A DNA stretch of 64,000 nucleotides from Anolis carolinensis (Eukaryota), in the NCBI RefSeq assembly GCF_035594765.1, contig NW_026943818.1:31307559-31371558 (forward strand), read 5' to 3'. The translations under genes and the position numbers were made by a program. The first letter of the stretch is position 1; each line of letters begins with the position of its first letter. This document shows, one piece after another, positions 49,615-62,522 of the stretch. Below the pieces are notes generated by a model, which saw only the letters and a list, made by a program, of their open reading frames with translations, was not told the DNA's origin and searched no databases.

Positions 49615-52600
49615 TTAATTGACCCCGAGAGACGGCTCCGCTTCCTCCGACGTCTGGACCTCTTGGACTCTGGTTTCCATCATCCCCAACACGGAGACGT
49701 CGTCTGCGGCAGAAAGACAAGGAAAAACCGTCAAAAAACCGTCAAAAAACCGTCAAAACAAGGAAAAACCGTCCAGCTAAAAATTTGAATTTTTTTCTTT
49801 TCGGTGACAAATTTTTACAAGTCAATTTGATCCCTCCCCATTTTTTCCTAATTTTTTCCAATTTTATTTTTTTTCAAATGTTTTCGTTTTATTAGATATT
49901 TCTTTCGTTTTCTTTGTCAAATATTTCCAAGTTGTTTTGATTTTCCTCCGTTTTCTTTCCAAAATTTTCTCACGTGTTTCCCTTATATTATTCGTTTCCA
50001 AATTTTTCAATTTTTTTCATTTACCCCTCCCAATTTTTCTTTTACTTGACGAATTTTTACAAGTCGTTTCAATTCCCGATTTTTTTTTATTTTTTTGCCA
50101 ATTGTTTTAATTTTATTTTTCAAATGTTTTCATTTTATTCCAGTTTTTTATCCCAGTTGTCAAGTGTTTTCGATTCCACCCCACATTTTTTCAATTTTTA
50201 TTTCCAAATTTTCTCCAGCGTTTCCATTATATTATTTTATTTTTCATTTTCTTTGTCAAATATTTCCAAGTTGTTTTGATTTTCCTCCGTTTTCTTTCCA
50301 AAATTTTCTCACGTGTTTCCCTTATATTATTAGTTTCCAAAATTTTCAATTTTTTTCATTTACCCCTCCCAATTTTTCTTTTACTTGACGAATTTTTACA
50401 AGTCGTTTCAATTCCCGATTTTTTTTATTTTTTTTCCAATTGTTTTAATTTTATTTTTCAAATGTTTTCATTTTATTCCAGTTTTTTATCCCAGTTGTCA
50501 AGTGTTTTCGATTCCCCTCCACATTTTTTCAATTTTTATTTCCAAATTTTCTCCAGCGTTTCCGTTATATTATTTTATTTTTCTTTGTCAAATTTTTCCA
50601 AGTTGTTTTGATTTTCCTCCATTTTCTTTCCAAAATTTTCTCAAGTGTTTCCGTTATATTAGTTTCCACATTTTTCAATTTTTTTCATCCCCTCCCCACA
50701 ATTTTTCTTTTTCTTGACAAACTTTTACAAGTCGTTTTAATTTCTCCTAATTTTATTTCCCTACATTTTTTCCTAATTTTTTCAATTGTTTTAATTTTAT
50801 ATTTTTCAAATGTTTTCACTTCTTAAATTTTTTTAAAAAATTTCTTGGCAAATATTTCCAAGAGGTTTTGATTTTTCCCCCCAATTTTTTAAAATTTCTA
50901 CATTTTTTAAAAAAATTAATTAAAGTTTTACCTTATAAGATAGATGACAACTGCTGCGAGAATAGTTTATGCATTCAGATTTTTTATATATATATATAAA
51001 TACGGACATTTTAGCTTTGTTTTTGGCTTTTTTTTTCTCTCTCTCCCTTTTTGATCTTTTTTTAATCGCAGTTTTCCTACTTTCTATACAATCAAATGTT
51101 CTCACTCTTTTGATGTTAATTTACTCTATCTTATAAGGTAAAACTTCAATAAAAATATATTTTTTAAAAAAGGAAAATGTAGAAATTTTATAAAAATGGG
51201 GGGGGGGTCAAAACCTCTTGGAAATATTTGCCAAGAAAATTTAATTTTTTTAAAATATATATATATATAAAGAGAGAGAGAGAGAAAAGGAGTGAGAACA
51301 TTTGGTGGTATAGAAAGTAGGAAAACTGCGATTAAAAAACAGTTGGAAAATATAATAATAATAACAATAATAATAATAATTTCTACATTTTCTTAACTTT
51401 TTGCAAAGTCTAAAAAAATTAGAAAAAAAAATTGAAAATTCTTTGGTAGGAACGTTGTGTTCGATCAAGGATGGGAACGATAGGGTTGACTCCCCGCTTC
51501 CGTCCCAACCGCCCCGCTTTTCCCCACGGAAATCGGACTCACGAAACCGGAGGCGAATCGGCCAGATCATGATGCAGCAAAGGAAGAGCGTTGCCACGAC
51601 CGCGATGCCCCCCGTGACGGCCACCATCACCCAGTGATAGAAGTTCACGCAACCGGGGCAGCACGAGAGCAACCTGGGTTCGAAAGAAGGAAAGAACTAC
51701 GTTATCCCACCCGTGGACGGATTTGTCGACGACACACGGGAACGCAACACGCCTGACACTTACGGGCAAGGATGCATGTTCTGGATGAGCATCACTCCCA
51801 CCCCGTTGGCCACTTTGTCCGTGAAGCTCATGGCCCCGTAGACGAAGGCCCCGCTGTGCTGAAGGAGGAACGGGGAGAACGAAATAAGAATCCCTCGATA
51901 TATCTATATATTAGACATGTCCAAAAAATCGCTTTGAATCGTATATCGGAATTATTTTGGATTGTTCTCGCTTTTTGATACGCATTCCGAGACATTGTCT
52001 CACAGCGCCACCAGCAATGTAATTCGAACCATTGTTGGCCCATTCCCTAATTGTCTCTTAATGTTTCGTTAATTCCCCCCCCCCAAAAATTTTTTTAAAT
52101 ATTTTTTAAAAATTTGTTTCTGCAACCTACCTTGAATGGGAGCTTAGCGCAGCCTAACATGGCTGCCGCTCCCCGGCCAATCAGAAGCTTTCACGATGGA
52201 CGCAAAGGTGGGGGCTAACGTCCTCTGCGTCCACATGGAAGATTGCCATACAAGCCCAGTGTGTAGCGATTGCACATGCGCGTCCGCCATTTTAGAAACA
52301 TTTAGAATCATTACGAATTTTCGGAAATATCCGAAATTTTTGGGTGAAAAAATTGGAAATACTTTCTATAACAAAGCGCCAGCGCCCCCTACTTTAGAAA
52401 CGAGAATTGAAACATTTTTTTCATCGATCGGACATGCCTACTATATATATAAAAATGTAATGTGCGTTTTTCCCACGGAGTAAACAACAAAACCGCTGAA
52501 CCAAATCGCATCAAATTTGGCCACAAAAGACATAGTCATCCCATCTACATCTTTCAATTAAAAAAACCCTAGAAAAATAAAGTCCAAATTTCAATAATGT

Positions 52601-55600
52601 GTGTTTTTCCCATGGAGTAAACAACAAAACTGCTGAACCAAACCACACCAAATTTGGCCACAAAAGACGTAGTCATCCCTTCTATGTCTTTCAATAAAAA
52701 ACCCTAGAAAAAAAGTCCAAATTTCAATAATGTGCGTTTTTACCATGGAGTAAACAACAAAACCGCTGAACCAAATCGCACCAAATTTGGCCACAAAAGA
52801 CATAGTCATCCCATCTACGTCTTTCAATAAAAAAACATAGAAAAATAAAGTCCAAATTTCAATAATGTGCGTTTTTCCCATGGGGTAAACAACAAAACTG
52901 CTGAACCAAATCACACCAAATTTGGCCACAAAAGACATAGTCATCCCTTCTATGTCTTTCAATAAAATAATATATATATATAGGATTCGTGTCTCCTCTC
53001 TATTTCTTCCTTTTGCTCCCTTCTGGTATACCATAATGTGATGTAATATCTATATATATAAAAGGGTAATGGCGTTTCGGCCTAGGACGAAACAACAAAA
53101 CTACACATCCCCGAAACACTAAACTTGGCAGCACAACCCCTCATCCATGCCTCTAGGTTCATACAACAAAAAGCTCCAGCTACTCCAGAAAACGGCCAGG
53201 CTTTGAGACTGCAAGGCTATTCACTGCTATTCCCATAAGCCACAGCAACGCGTGGCCGGGCAAAGCTAGTAATTTAATATAATGGTATACTGCGGTATTG
53301 AATATCGTCGTGCTATAATTTATTATGATATATTATAATGTAATGGGAAATATTGTAATCTACAAGAATATAAATATACAATTATACCGTTAGCCAAATG
53401 TAATATGCATAATATACAATAACAACACACCACGATGCAACATACCGTAATGTGATATAATATAATGCTCCACGTACCGTGTTGGAGCCAATGAGATCCG
53501 CCGTCATGGAGAGAGAGGTCACCAAGATGGTGGCCGACCCGGCCCCGAGGAGGACGGCCGCCCCGTAGATCTCCACCCCGATCCGGTCGGCCAGGGTCAA
53601 CCAGGACGCAAAGGCCAAAATGACCAGCAGACCCAGGAAGTAGGTGAGCTGGAACAGGACGAGAGGGTAGAATTATTATTGTTGTTATTGTTGTTGTTAT
53701 TATTACTATTGTTGTTATTATCGGGAAGCCGGTTGGGCGGACTCACGTTCCGGCCGATGAGCCGGTTCACCGTCTTCATCAAGAACGAGGAGAGGAAGCC
53801 GCTGATGTACATGACCAAGGGGATCGTGGCGATGAATCTCTGCGGGAAGAACGAGGAGGAGGAGGAGAGGGATCAGATGTTCCCGGAACCCGAGCCGATC
53901 CCCGCCCGGATCTCCTCCGACTCTTTCCCAAAACCCAAGCTGGATCTCCATCCAGATCTCCTCCAACTCTTTCCCAAAACCCGTGTTGGATCCCCGCCCG
54001 GATCTCCATGAAACTCGGGTTGGATCTCCGTCCAGATCTCCTCCAACTCTTTCCCAAAACCCGTGTTGGATCCCCGCCCGGATCTCCATGAAACTCGGGT
54101 TGGATCTCCATCCAGATCTCCTCCAACTCTTTCCCAAAACCCGTGTTGGATCCCCGCCCGGATCTCCATGAAACTCGGGTTGGATCTCCATCCAGATCTC
54201 CTCCAACTCTTTCCCAAAACTTGGGTCAGATCTCTGCCCAGATCTCCTCTGACTCTTTCCCGAAACTCGAGCTGGATCTCCGTCCAGATCTCCTCTGACT
54301 CTTTCCCAAAACCCGGGTTGGATCTCCGCCTGGATCTCCATGAAACTCGGGTTGGATCTCCGTCCAGATCTCCTCCAACTCTTTCCCAAAACCTGGGTTG
54401 GATCCCCGCTCGGATCTCCATGAAACTCGGGTTGGATCTCCGTCCAGATCTCCTCCAACTCTTTCCCAAAACCTGGGTTGGATCCCCGCTCGGATCTCCA
54501 TGAAACTCGGGTTGGATCTCCGTCCAGATCTCCTCCAACTCTTTCCCAAAACCCGTGTTGGATCCCCGCCCGGATCTCCATGAAACTTGGGTCAGATCTC
54601 TGCCCGGATCTCCTCCAACTCTTTCCTAAAACCAGAGCCGGATCTCCGTCCAGATCTCCTCTGACTCTTTCCCAAAACCTGAACTGGATTTCCGTCCAGA
54701 TCTCCTCCGACTCTTTCCTAAAACCAGAGCCAGATCTCCGTCCAGATCTCCTCTGACTCTTTCCCAAAACCTGAACTGGATTTCCGTCCAGATCTCCTCC
54801 GACTCTTTCCCAAAACCAGAGCCAGATCTCCGTCCAGATCTCCTCTGACTCTTTCCTAAAACCAGAGCCAGATCTCCGTCCAGATCTCCTCTGACTCTTT
54901 CCCAAAACCAGAGCCAGATCTCCGTCCAGATCTCCTCCGACTCTTTCCTAAAACCAGAGCCGGATCTCCGTCCAGATCTCCTCTGACTCTTTCCCAAAAC
55001 CTGAACTGGATTTCCGTCCAGATCTCCTCCGACTCTTTCCCAAAACCAGAGCCGGATCTCCGTCCAGATCTCCTCTGACTCTTTCCCAAAACCTGAACTG
55101 GATTTCCGTCCAGATCTCCTCCGACTCTTTCCCAAAACCAGAGCCAGATCTCCGTCCAGATCTCTTCTGACTCTTTCCCAAAACCTGAACTGGATCTCCG
55201 ACCAGATCTCCTCCGACTCTTTCCCAAAACCAGAGCCAGATCCCTGCCCAGATCTCCTCCTACTCTTTCCCAAAACCCGATCTGGATTTCCGTCTAGATC
55301 TCCTCCGACTCTTTCCTAAAACCAGAGCCAGATCTCCGTCCAGATCTCCTCTGACTCTTTCCCAAAACCTGAACTGGATTTCCGTCCAGATCTCCTCCGA
55401 CTCTTTCCCAAAACCAGAGCCGGATCTCCGTCCAGATCTCCTCTGACTCTTTCCCAAAACCTGAACTGGATTTCCGTCCAGATCTCCTCCGACTCTTTCC
55501 CAAAACCAGAGCCAGATCTCCGTCCAGATCTCTTCTGACTCTTTCCCAAAACCTGAACTGGATCTCCGACCAGATCTCCTCCGACTCTTTCCCAAAACCA

Positions 55601-58465
55601 GAGCCAGATCCCTGCCCAGATCTCCTCCTACTCTTTCCCAAAACCCGATCTGGATTTCCGTCTAGATCTCCTCCGACTCTTTCCTAAAACCAGAGCCAGA
55701 TCTCCGTCCAGATCTCCTCTGACTCTTTCCCAAAACCTGAACTGGATTTCCGTCCAGATCTCCTCCGACTCTTTCCCAAAACCAGAGCCGGATCTCCGTC
55801 CAGATCTCCTCTGACTCTTTCCCAAAACCTGAACTGGATTTCCGTCCAGATCTCCTCCGACTCTTTCCTAAAACCAGAGCCGGATCTCCGTCCAGATCTC
55901 CTCTGACTCTTTCCCAAAACCTGAACTGGATTTCCGTCCAGATCTCCTCCGACTCTTTCCCAAAACCAGAGCCGGATCTCCGTCCAGATCTCCTCTGACT
56001 CTTTCCCAAAACCTGAACTGGATTTCCGTCCAGATCTCCTCCGACTCTTTCCCAAAACCAGAGCCAGATCTCCGTCCAGATCTCTTCTGACTCTTTCCCA
56101 AAACCTGAACTGGATCTCCGACCAGATCTCCTCCGACTCTTTCCCAAAACCAGAGCCAGATCCCTGCCCAGATCTCCTCCTACTCTTTCCCAAAACCCGA
56201 TCTGGATTTCCGTCTAGATCTCCTCCGACTCTTTCCTAAAACCAGAGCCAGATCTCCGTCCAGATCTCCTCTGACTCTTTCCCAAAACCTGAACTGGATT
56301 TCCGTCCAGATCTCCTCCGACTCTTTCCCAAAACCAGAGCCGGATCTCCGTCCAGATCTCCTCTGACTCTTTCCCAAAACCTGAACTGGATTTCCGTCCA
56401 GATCTCCTCCGACTCTTTCCCAAAACCAGAGCCAGATCTCCGTCCAGATCTCTTCTGACTCTTTCCCAAAACCTGAACTGGATCTCCGACCAGATCTCCT
56501 CCGACTCTTTCCCAAAACCAGAGCCAGATCCCTGCCCAGATCTCCTCCTACTCTTTCCCAAAACCCGATCTGGATTTCCGTCTAGATCTCCTCCGACTCT
56601 TTCCCGAAACCCGGGCCAGATCCCTGCCCAGGAAAGACTCACCTTTGGGAGCCGCAGCGAGTTGGTGACGTACATGGCGATGTAGGTTTGCGAGAGGTTC
56701 ACGATGAGCCGGGTGGCCATGTACAGCATCGCCACCTGCGAGGAGAGCGGCGTTAGGGAGAGAAGGACAGACTAGATGACCTCGAGGGTCCCTCTCTCCA
56801 TATATATATAGTGGACTCGCCTGGTAGAAAGCGGGCTCCAAGAGCCAGTGTTTCCAAAGCAGGACCCGGCGGAGAGGCGGCCTCCGATCCGGCGGCAACA
56901 GCGGCGTCTCTTCCTCCGGATCCGGGTGCGGTTGGATCGGGTGGGTTTTCTCTTTGGTCCCGACGTGGAAGAGGAAGGAGAAGATGGCGCCCACGCCGAC
57001 CACGATCAGAGAGAGGTTCTGGGGTGGAGGGAAAGAGGGAAACGTAGAGCTTACAATGCCAAAAAAAGCGGACCTCGTCCATCCGGGACTCTCCTCGGTA
57101 GATTTAATTCCTAGGATTTTTCTTGTAATAATCGGAGTCTTGTGCCTACGACAACCTGTCCCCCTACCCCGTCGTTCATTCCGTGCTTCTCTTTCCTTAT
57201 TTCCATTCATTGGATTTTTCTCGTAATAATCGGAGTCTTGTGCCTACGACAACCTGTCCCCCTACCCCGTCGTTCATTCCGTGCTTCTCTTTCCTTATTT
57301 CCATTCATTGGATTTTTCTCGTAATAATCGGAGTCTTGTGCCTACGACAACCTGTTCATTCTGTGTTTCTCTTTCCTTATTTCCATTCGTCGGATTTCTT
57401 TCATAATAATAGGAGTCTTGTGCCTACGACAACCTGTTCATTCTGTGTTTCTCTTTCCTTATTTCCATTCATTGGATTTTTCTCGTAATAATCGGAGTCT
57501 TGTGCCTACGACAACCTGTCCCCATATCCCGTCGTTCATTCTGTATTTCTCTTTCCTTATTTCCATTCATTGGATTTTTCTCATAATAATCGGAGTCTTG
57601 TGCCTACGACAACCAGTCCCCCTACCCCGTCTTTCATTCTGTGCTTCTCTTTCCTTATTTCCATTCGTTGGATTTTTCTCGTAATAATCGGAGTCTTGTG
57701 CCTACGACAACCTGTCCCCCAACCCGTCTTTCATTCCGTGTTCTCTTTCCTTATTTCCATTCGTCGGATTTCTTTCATAATAATAGGAGTCTTGTGCCTA
57801 CGACAACCTGTTCATTCTGTGTTTCTCTTTCCTTATTTCCATTCATTGGATTTTTCTCGTAATAATCGGAGTCTTGTGCCTACGACAACCTGTCCCCATA
57901 TCCTGTCGTTCATTCTGTATTTCTCTTTCCTTATTTCCATTTGTCTGATTTTTCTCGTAATAATCGGAGTCTTGTGCCTACGACAACCTGTCCCCATATC
58001 CCGTCGTTCATTCTGTATTTCTCTTTCCTTATTTCCATTTGGATTTCTCTCATAATAATCGGAGTCTTGTGCCTACGACAACCAGTCCCCCTACCCCGTC
58101 TTTCATTCTGTGCTTCTCTTTCCTTATTTCCATTCGTCGGATTTTTCTCGTAATAATCGGAGTCTTGTTTCAATGGCGAGTCTTTTTTCAATGGTGAGGG
58201 TGTCATACAATTCCGTACTTTCCGAACAACTCTTGAGATCGTTGCGATTTTTTAATTCTTCTTGAAATTAGCAACTCTTAATTCAATCGATCAATTTATT
58301 AATTCTCCGACCGACAGTCATATGCGTTTCAGAAACAACGTACAACAAACAAATGTACAAAACACCGCAAAATATTAATTATGCTTTTTCGTTTTTTATC
58401 GGCGACTTCCTCTTGTTGTATATGCCTGTATTTCTGTATACAGGCATAAATTAATATTTTAATAT

Positions 58466-58499
<34 letters not shown>

Positions 58500-59573
58500 T
58501 ACTAGCTGTGCCCGGCCACGCGTTGCTGTGGCAAAGTGGTGGTGGTATTGGTTAAAAAATGTTGTGTAATTTTTATTTGATGTTATTTGTATTTTTTAAA
58601 TTAATTTTATTGTAAGTTATCTTTTTATTTATTATATTTTATTATTTTCTTGTATCATTTTTAGTTATTTTCTGTTATTATAGTATTTTATTGTATTAAT
58701 TTTTAGTGTTTTAAATTATTTTTTAGTGTTTTTAATTATTTTTTATTGGGTTGCTAGGAGACCAAGTTGGAGGAGCTTAGCCTTCTAACTGGCAGCAATT
58801 GGATAAAAGCAATTATTCCTCTCTCTCTAATTAGGACTTTATTTTTCTTTTCTTTTTGTTGTATCAACCTAGAGGCGTGGATGATGGGTTGTGTTGTCAA
58901 ATGTCGAGGTTGGGGGGCCTGTAGTTTTGTTGTTTTGTGGGTCGCCGTGATGCCATCACTCTTTTATATATATAGATAATATTTTATTAAATATTATAAT
59001 ATTTAATATAATATTATAGTTTTTTGTATTATTTGTGCTGATAATAATACAAAAATATTATTTATTTATTATTAATATTAGTATTATTCGTGCTGGTTAC
59101 TATACACGGTCTGAGGCGGTGCTATAAACTCTGCCAACGGTGTGACCAAGACTCTGCAACTTTTTAGGGGATCTGGATTCACTCTGCCAACGGTGTGACC
59201 AAGACTCTGCAGCATGACTTACCCGGAACACAGGGATATCGTGGTGGCCGAGGTCCTCGACGTGGTCCGAGTGTCCGGCCTGGAAGTGCAGGAGGAGCCA
59301 GGCCACCCCGTAGACGGTGATGTTCGCCATGACGGTGAAGGCGTATCTGGAGACAACCGACGTGGAATGATTGGCCTCAGGGAAAGAACAACACTCCGCC
59401 CGCAAGGAGTTTAATTCCAAGACTCATAATTAATTACATTTAATTACGGGGCTCCCCCAAATTAAAAAGTCAAATTTATTTTCCCGTTTAATTTTCAGGA
59501 CTAGTTGAGTTCAGGACATTTTTTCACAAAGTCATGCTGCCCTCTAGTGGCAGGTTAATATATTTTTTGCAAT

Positions 59574-59617
<44 letters not shown>

Positions 59618-59729
59618 TATTAATCACTTATCCGACAATATTGGGATCCAAACTTGCGATTTTAAATAATAATAATAACAATAATAATAATACTAATAAT
59701 AATGGAAGCCAAAGCAACCTGCAATTTTA

Positions 59730-59776
<47 letters not shown>

Positions 59777-59981
59777 TAATAATAGAGGTAATGCTGCCCT
59801 CTAGTGGCAGGTTAATATATTTTTTGCAATAGTATTATTATTATTATTATTATTATTAATCACTTATCCGACAATATTGGGATCCAAACTTGCGATTTTA
59901 AATAATAATAATAACAATAATAATAATACTAATAATAATGGAAGCCAAAGCAACCTCCAATTTTAAATAATAATAATAATG

Positions 59982-60020
<39 letters not shown>

Positions 60021-60204
60021 GAGGTAATGCTGCCCTCTAGTGGCAGGTTAATATATTTTTTGCAATAGTATTATTATTATTATTATTACTATTATTAATC
60101 ACTTATCCGACAATATTGGGATCCAAACTTGCGATTTTAAATAATAATAATAACAATAATAATAATACTAATAATAATGGAAGCCAAAGCAACCTGCAAT
60201 TTTA

Positions 60205-60247
<43 letters not shown>

Positions 60248-60570
60248 GAGGTAATGCTGCCCTCTAGTGGCAGGTTAATATATTTTTTGCAATAGTATTA
60301 TTATTATTATTATTAATCACTTCTCCAACAATATTTGGATCCATAGCAATTCAAATTTTTAAATAATAGTAATAATAATAATGATAGAGGTAATGCTGCC
60401 CTCTAGTGGCATGTTAATATATTGTTTGCAATAGTATTATTATTATTATTATTACTATTATTAATCACTTATCCGACAATATTGGGATCCAAACTTGCGA
60501 TTTTAAATAATAATAATAACAATAATAATAATACTAATAATAATGGAAGCCAAAGCAACCTGCAATTTTA

Positions 60571-60604
<34 letters not shown>

Positions 60605-61174
60605 GAGGTAATGCTGCCCTCTAGTGGCATGTTAATATATTTCTGCCATAGTATTATTATTATTATTAATCACTTCTCCAACAATATTTGGATCCAAAGC
60701 AATTCAAATTTTTAAATAATAGTAATAATAATAATGATAGAGGTAATGCTGCCCTCTAGTGGCTTGTTAATATATTTCTGCATTATTATTATTATTATTA
60801 TTATTCTCCGACAATATTGGGATTCAAAGAAACTCGCGATTTTAAATAACAACAACAACAACAAGTACTATTATTATCCAGTTCTCCGACAATATTGGGA
60901 TCCAGAGCAACNNNNNNNNNNNNNNNNNNNNNNNNNNNNNNNNNNNNNNNNNNNNNNNNNNNNNNNNNNNNNNNNNNNNNNNNNNNNNNNNNNNNNNNNN
61001 NNNNNNNNNNNNNNNNNNNNNNNNNNNNNNNNNNNNNNNNNNCTTCCACAATATTGGGATCCAAAGCAATTCACAATTTTAAATAATAATAATAATAATA
61101 ATAACAACTACTATTATTATCCACTTTTCCCACAATTTTGGGATCCAAAGCAACTTGTGATTTTAAATAAAATA

Positions 61175-61208
<34 letters not shown>

Positions 61209-61252
61209 GAGGTAATGCTGCCCTCTAGTGGCATGTTAATATATTTCTGTCA

Positions 61253-61291
<39 letters not shown>

Positions 61292-61329
61292 CCACTTCTA
61301 CAATATTGGGACCCAAAGCAATTCAAAAT

Positions 61330-61360
<31 letters not shown>

Positions 61361-61409
61361 TAATGGAGGTAATGCTGCCCTCTAGTGGCATGTTAATATA
61401 TTTCTGCCA

Positions 61410-61442
<33 letters not shown>

Positions 61443-61554
61443 CCACTTCTACAATATTGGGACCCAAAGCAATTCAAAATTTTAAATAAATAATAATAAT
61501 AATAATAATGGAGGTAATGTTGCCCTCTAGTGGCATGTTAATATATTTCTGCCA

Positions 61555-61602
<48 letters not shown>

Positions 61603-61860
61603 CCACTTCTACAATATTGGGACCCAAAGCAATTCAAAATTTTAAATAAATAAATAATAATAATAATAATAATAATAATGGAGGTAATGCTGCCCTCTAG
61701 TGGCATGTTAATATATTTCTGCCATATTATTATTATTATTATTATTATCCACTTCTACAATATTGGGACCCAAAGCAATTCAAAATTTTAAATAAATAAT
61801 AATAATAATAATAATGGAGGTAATGTTGCCCTCTAGTGGCATGTTAATATATTTCTGCCA

Positions 61861-61896
<36 letters not shown>

Positions 61897-62478
61897 CCAC
61901 TTCTACAATATTGGGACCCAAAGCAATTCAAAATTTTAAATAAATAAATAATAATAATAATAATAATAATAATGGAGGTAATGCTGCCCTCTAGTGGCAT
62001 GTTAATATATTTCTGCCATATTATTATTATTATTATTATTATCCACTTCTACAATATTGGGACCCAAAGCAATTCAAAATTTTAAATAAATAATAATAAT
62101 AATAATAATGGTAATACTAATGCATATATATAGTTTGGATGAAAACCAAGTCCAGGCTGGTCAGTTAATCTCTGCCAACAACGGGACCAAGACTCTGTGC
62201 GATGCATAGGGTGAATTTCGCAAGGGAGGGGGGAACTACAAATCCCGGGGGGGGGGGGGGTCCGTACCGGAAGGCGGTGAGCTCGACCTTCTCGTGCTGG
62301 TCGGAGGCGAGTTCGGGGATGAGCGAGAGGTGGGCGATCTGGGTGGCGGCCCAGCCGAACTGGAAGACGACCACGAAGGGCAGGTAGTAGACCAGGGCCG
62401 CCCACTCGGGGGTCTTCTCGGAGCAGCCGGCACACGGGTTGAAGATGAACGGGAAGGAGAGCAGCACACACACCGTCC
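49615..62478 (-). CDS. MFSD12: MFS transporter MFSD12 (lysosomal/melanosomal cysteine importer), 5'-partial
   Basis: Exons 62478-62268, 59346-59223, 57018-56821, 56735-56643, 53839-53747, 53648-53478, 51858-51764, 51673-51543, 49703-49615, in phase. Motifs [39 protein letters not shown], dileucine signal [39 protein letters not shown]. Minus-strand AATAAA at 49346-49351. Exon 1 lies beyond the right edge. Confidence 0.94.
49780..50900. repeat. T-rich tandem repeat, about 335-bp unit x 3
   Basis: TTTGTCAAATATTTCCAAGTTGTTTTGATTTTCCTCC recurs near 49913, 50252 and 50584. Confidence 0.8.
51912..52440. mobile_element. Non-autonomous hAT-like element
   Basis: TIRs TAGACATGTCC / GGACATGCCTA with 8-bp TSD CTATATAT; a copy of the left end at about 47475-47570. 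Confidence 0.7.
52455..52965. repeat. About 132-bp unit x 4, probably TE-derived
   Basis: AATGTGCGTTTTTCCCATGGAGTAAACAACAAAAC..AAATTTGGCCACAAAAGAC. Confidence 0.8.
53049..53269 (+). mobile_element. Short Helitron-like variant
   Basis: A|TC start and ..GGCAAAGCTAG|T end. Confidence 0.65.
53895..56630. repeat. Compound satellite: 80-bp block followed by 46-bp monomers in 368/552-bp higher-order units
   Basis: CCAGATCTCCTC[C/T]GACTCTTTCCCAAAACC core; marker variants recur at 55260, 55628, 56180 and 56548. Confidence 0.95.
57115..58168. repeat. Minisatellite, 82-100-bp unit, about 12 copies
   Basis: TAATAATCGGAGTCTTGTGCCTACGACAACC..TTCCTTATTTCCATTC. Confidence 0.9.
58502..58976 (-). mobile_element. 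Helitron-like element
   Basis: Same family, both termini present. Confidence 0.75.
59530..62110. repeat. Tandem array with a CTCF-consensus motif in each unit (13 visible)
   Basis: TG[C/T]TGCCCTCTAGTGGC, i.e. minus-strand GCCACTAGAGGGCA[G/A]CA, separated by (TAA)n and CAATATTGGGA[T/C]CCAAA. Confidence 0.9.
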
Positions 62479-62522
62479 CTGCAGGGCGGGCACAAAGGGG
62501 AGCTGGAGGTCGCCCGTAGGCA

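Noticed and set aside
53718-56735. Many [16 protein letters not shown] ORFs
   Set aside because: 46/80-bp intronic satellite between well-defined MFSD12 exons.
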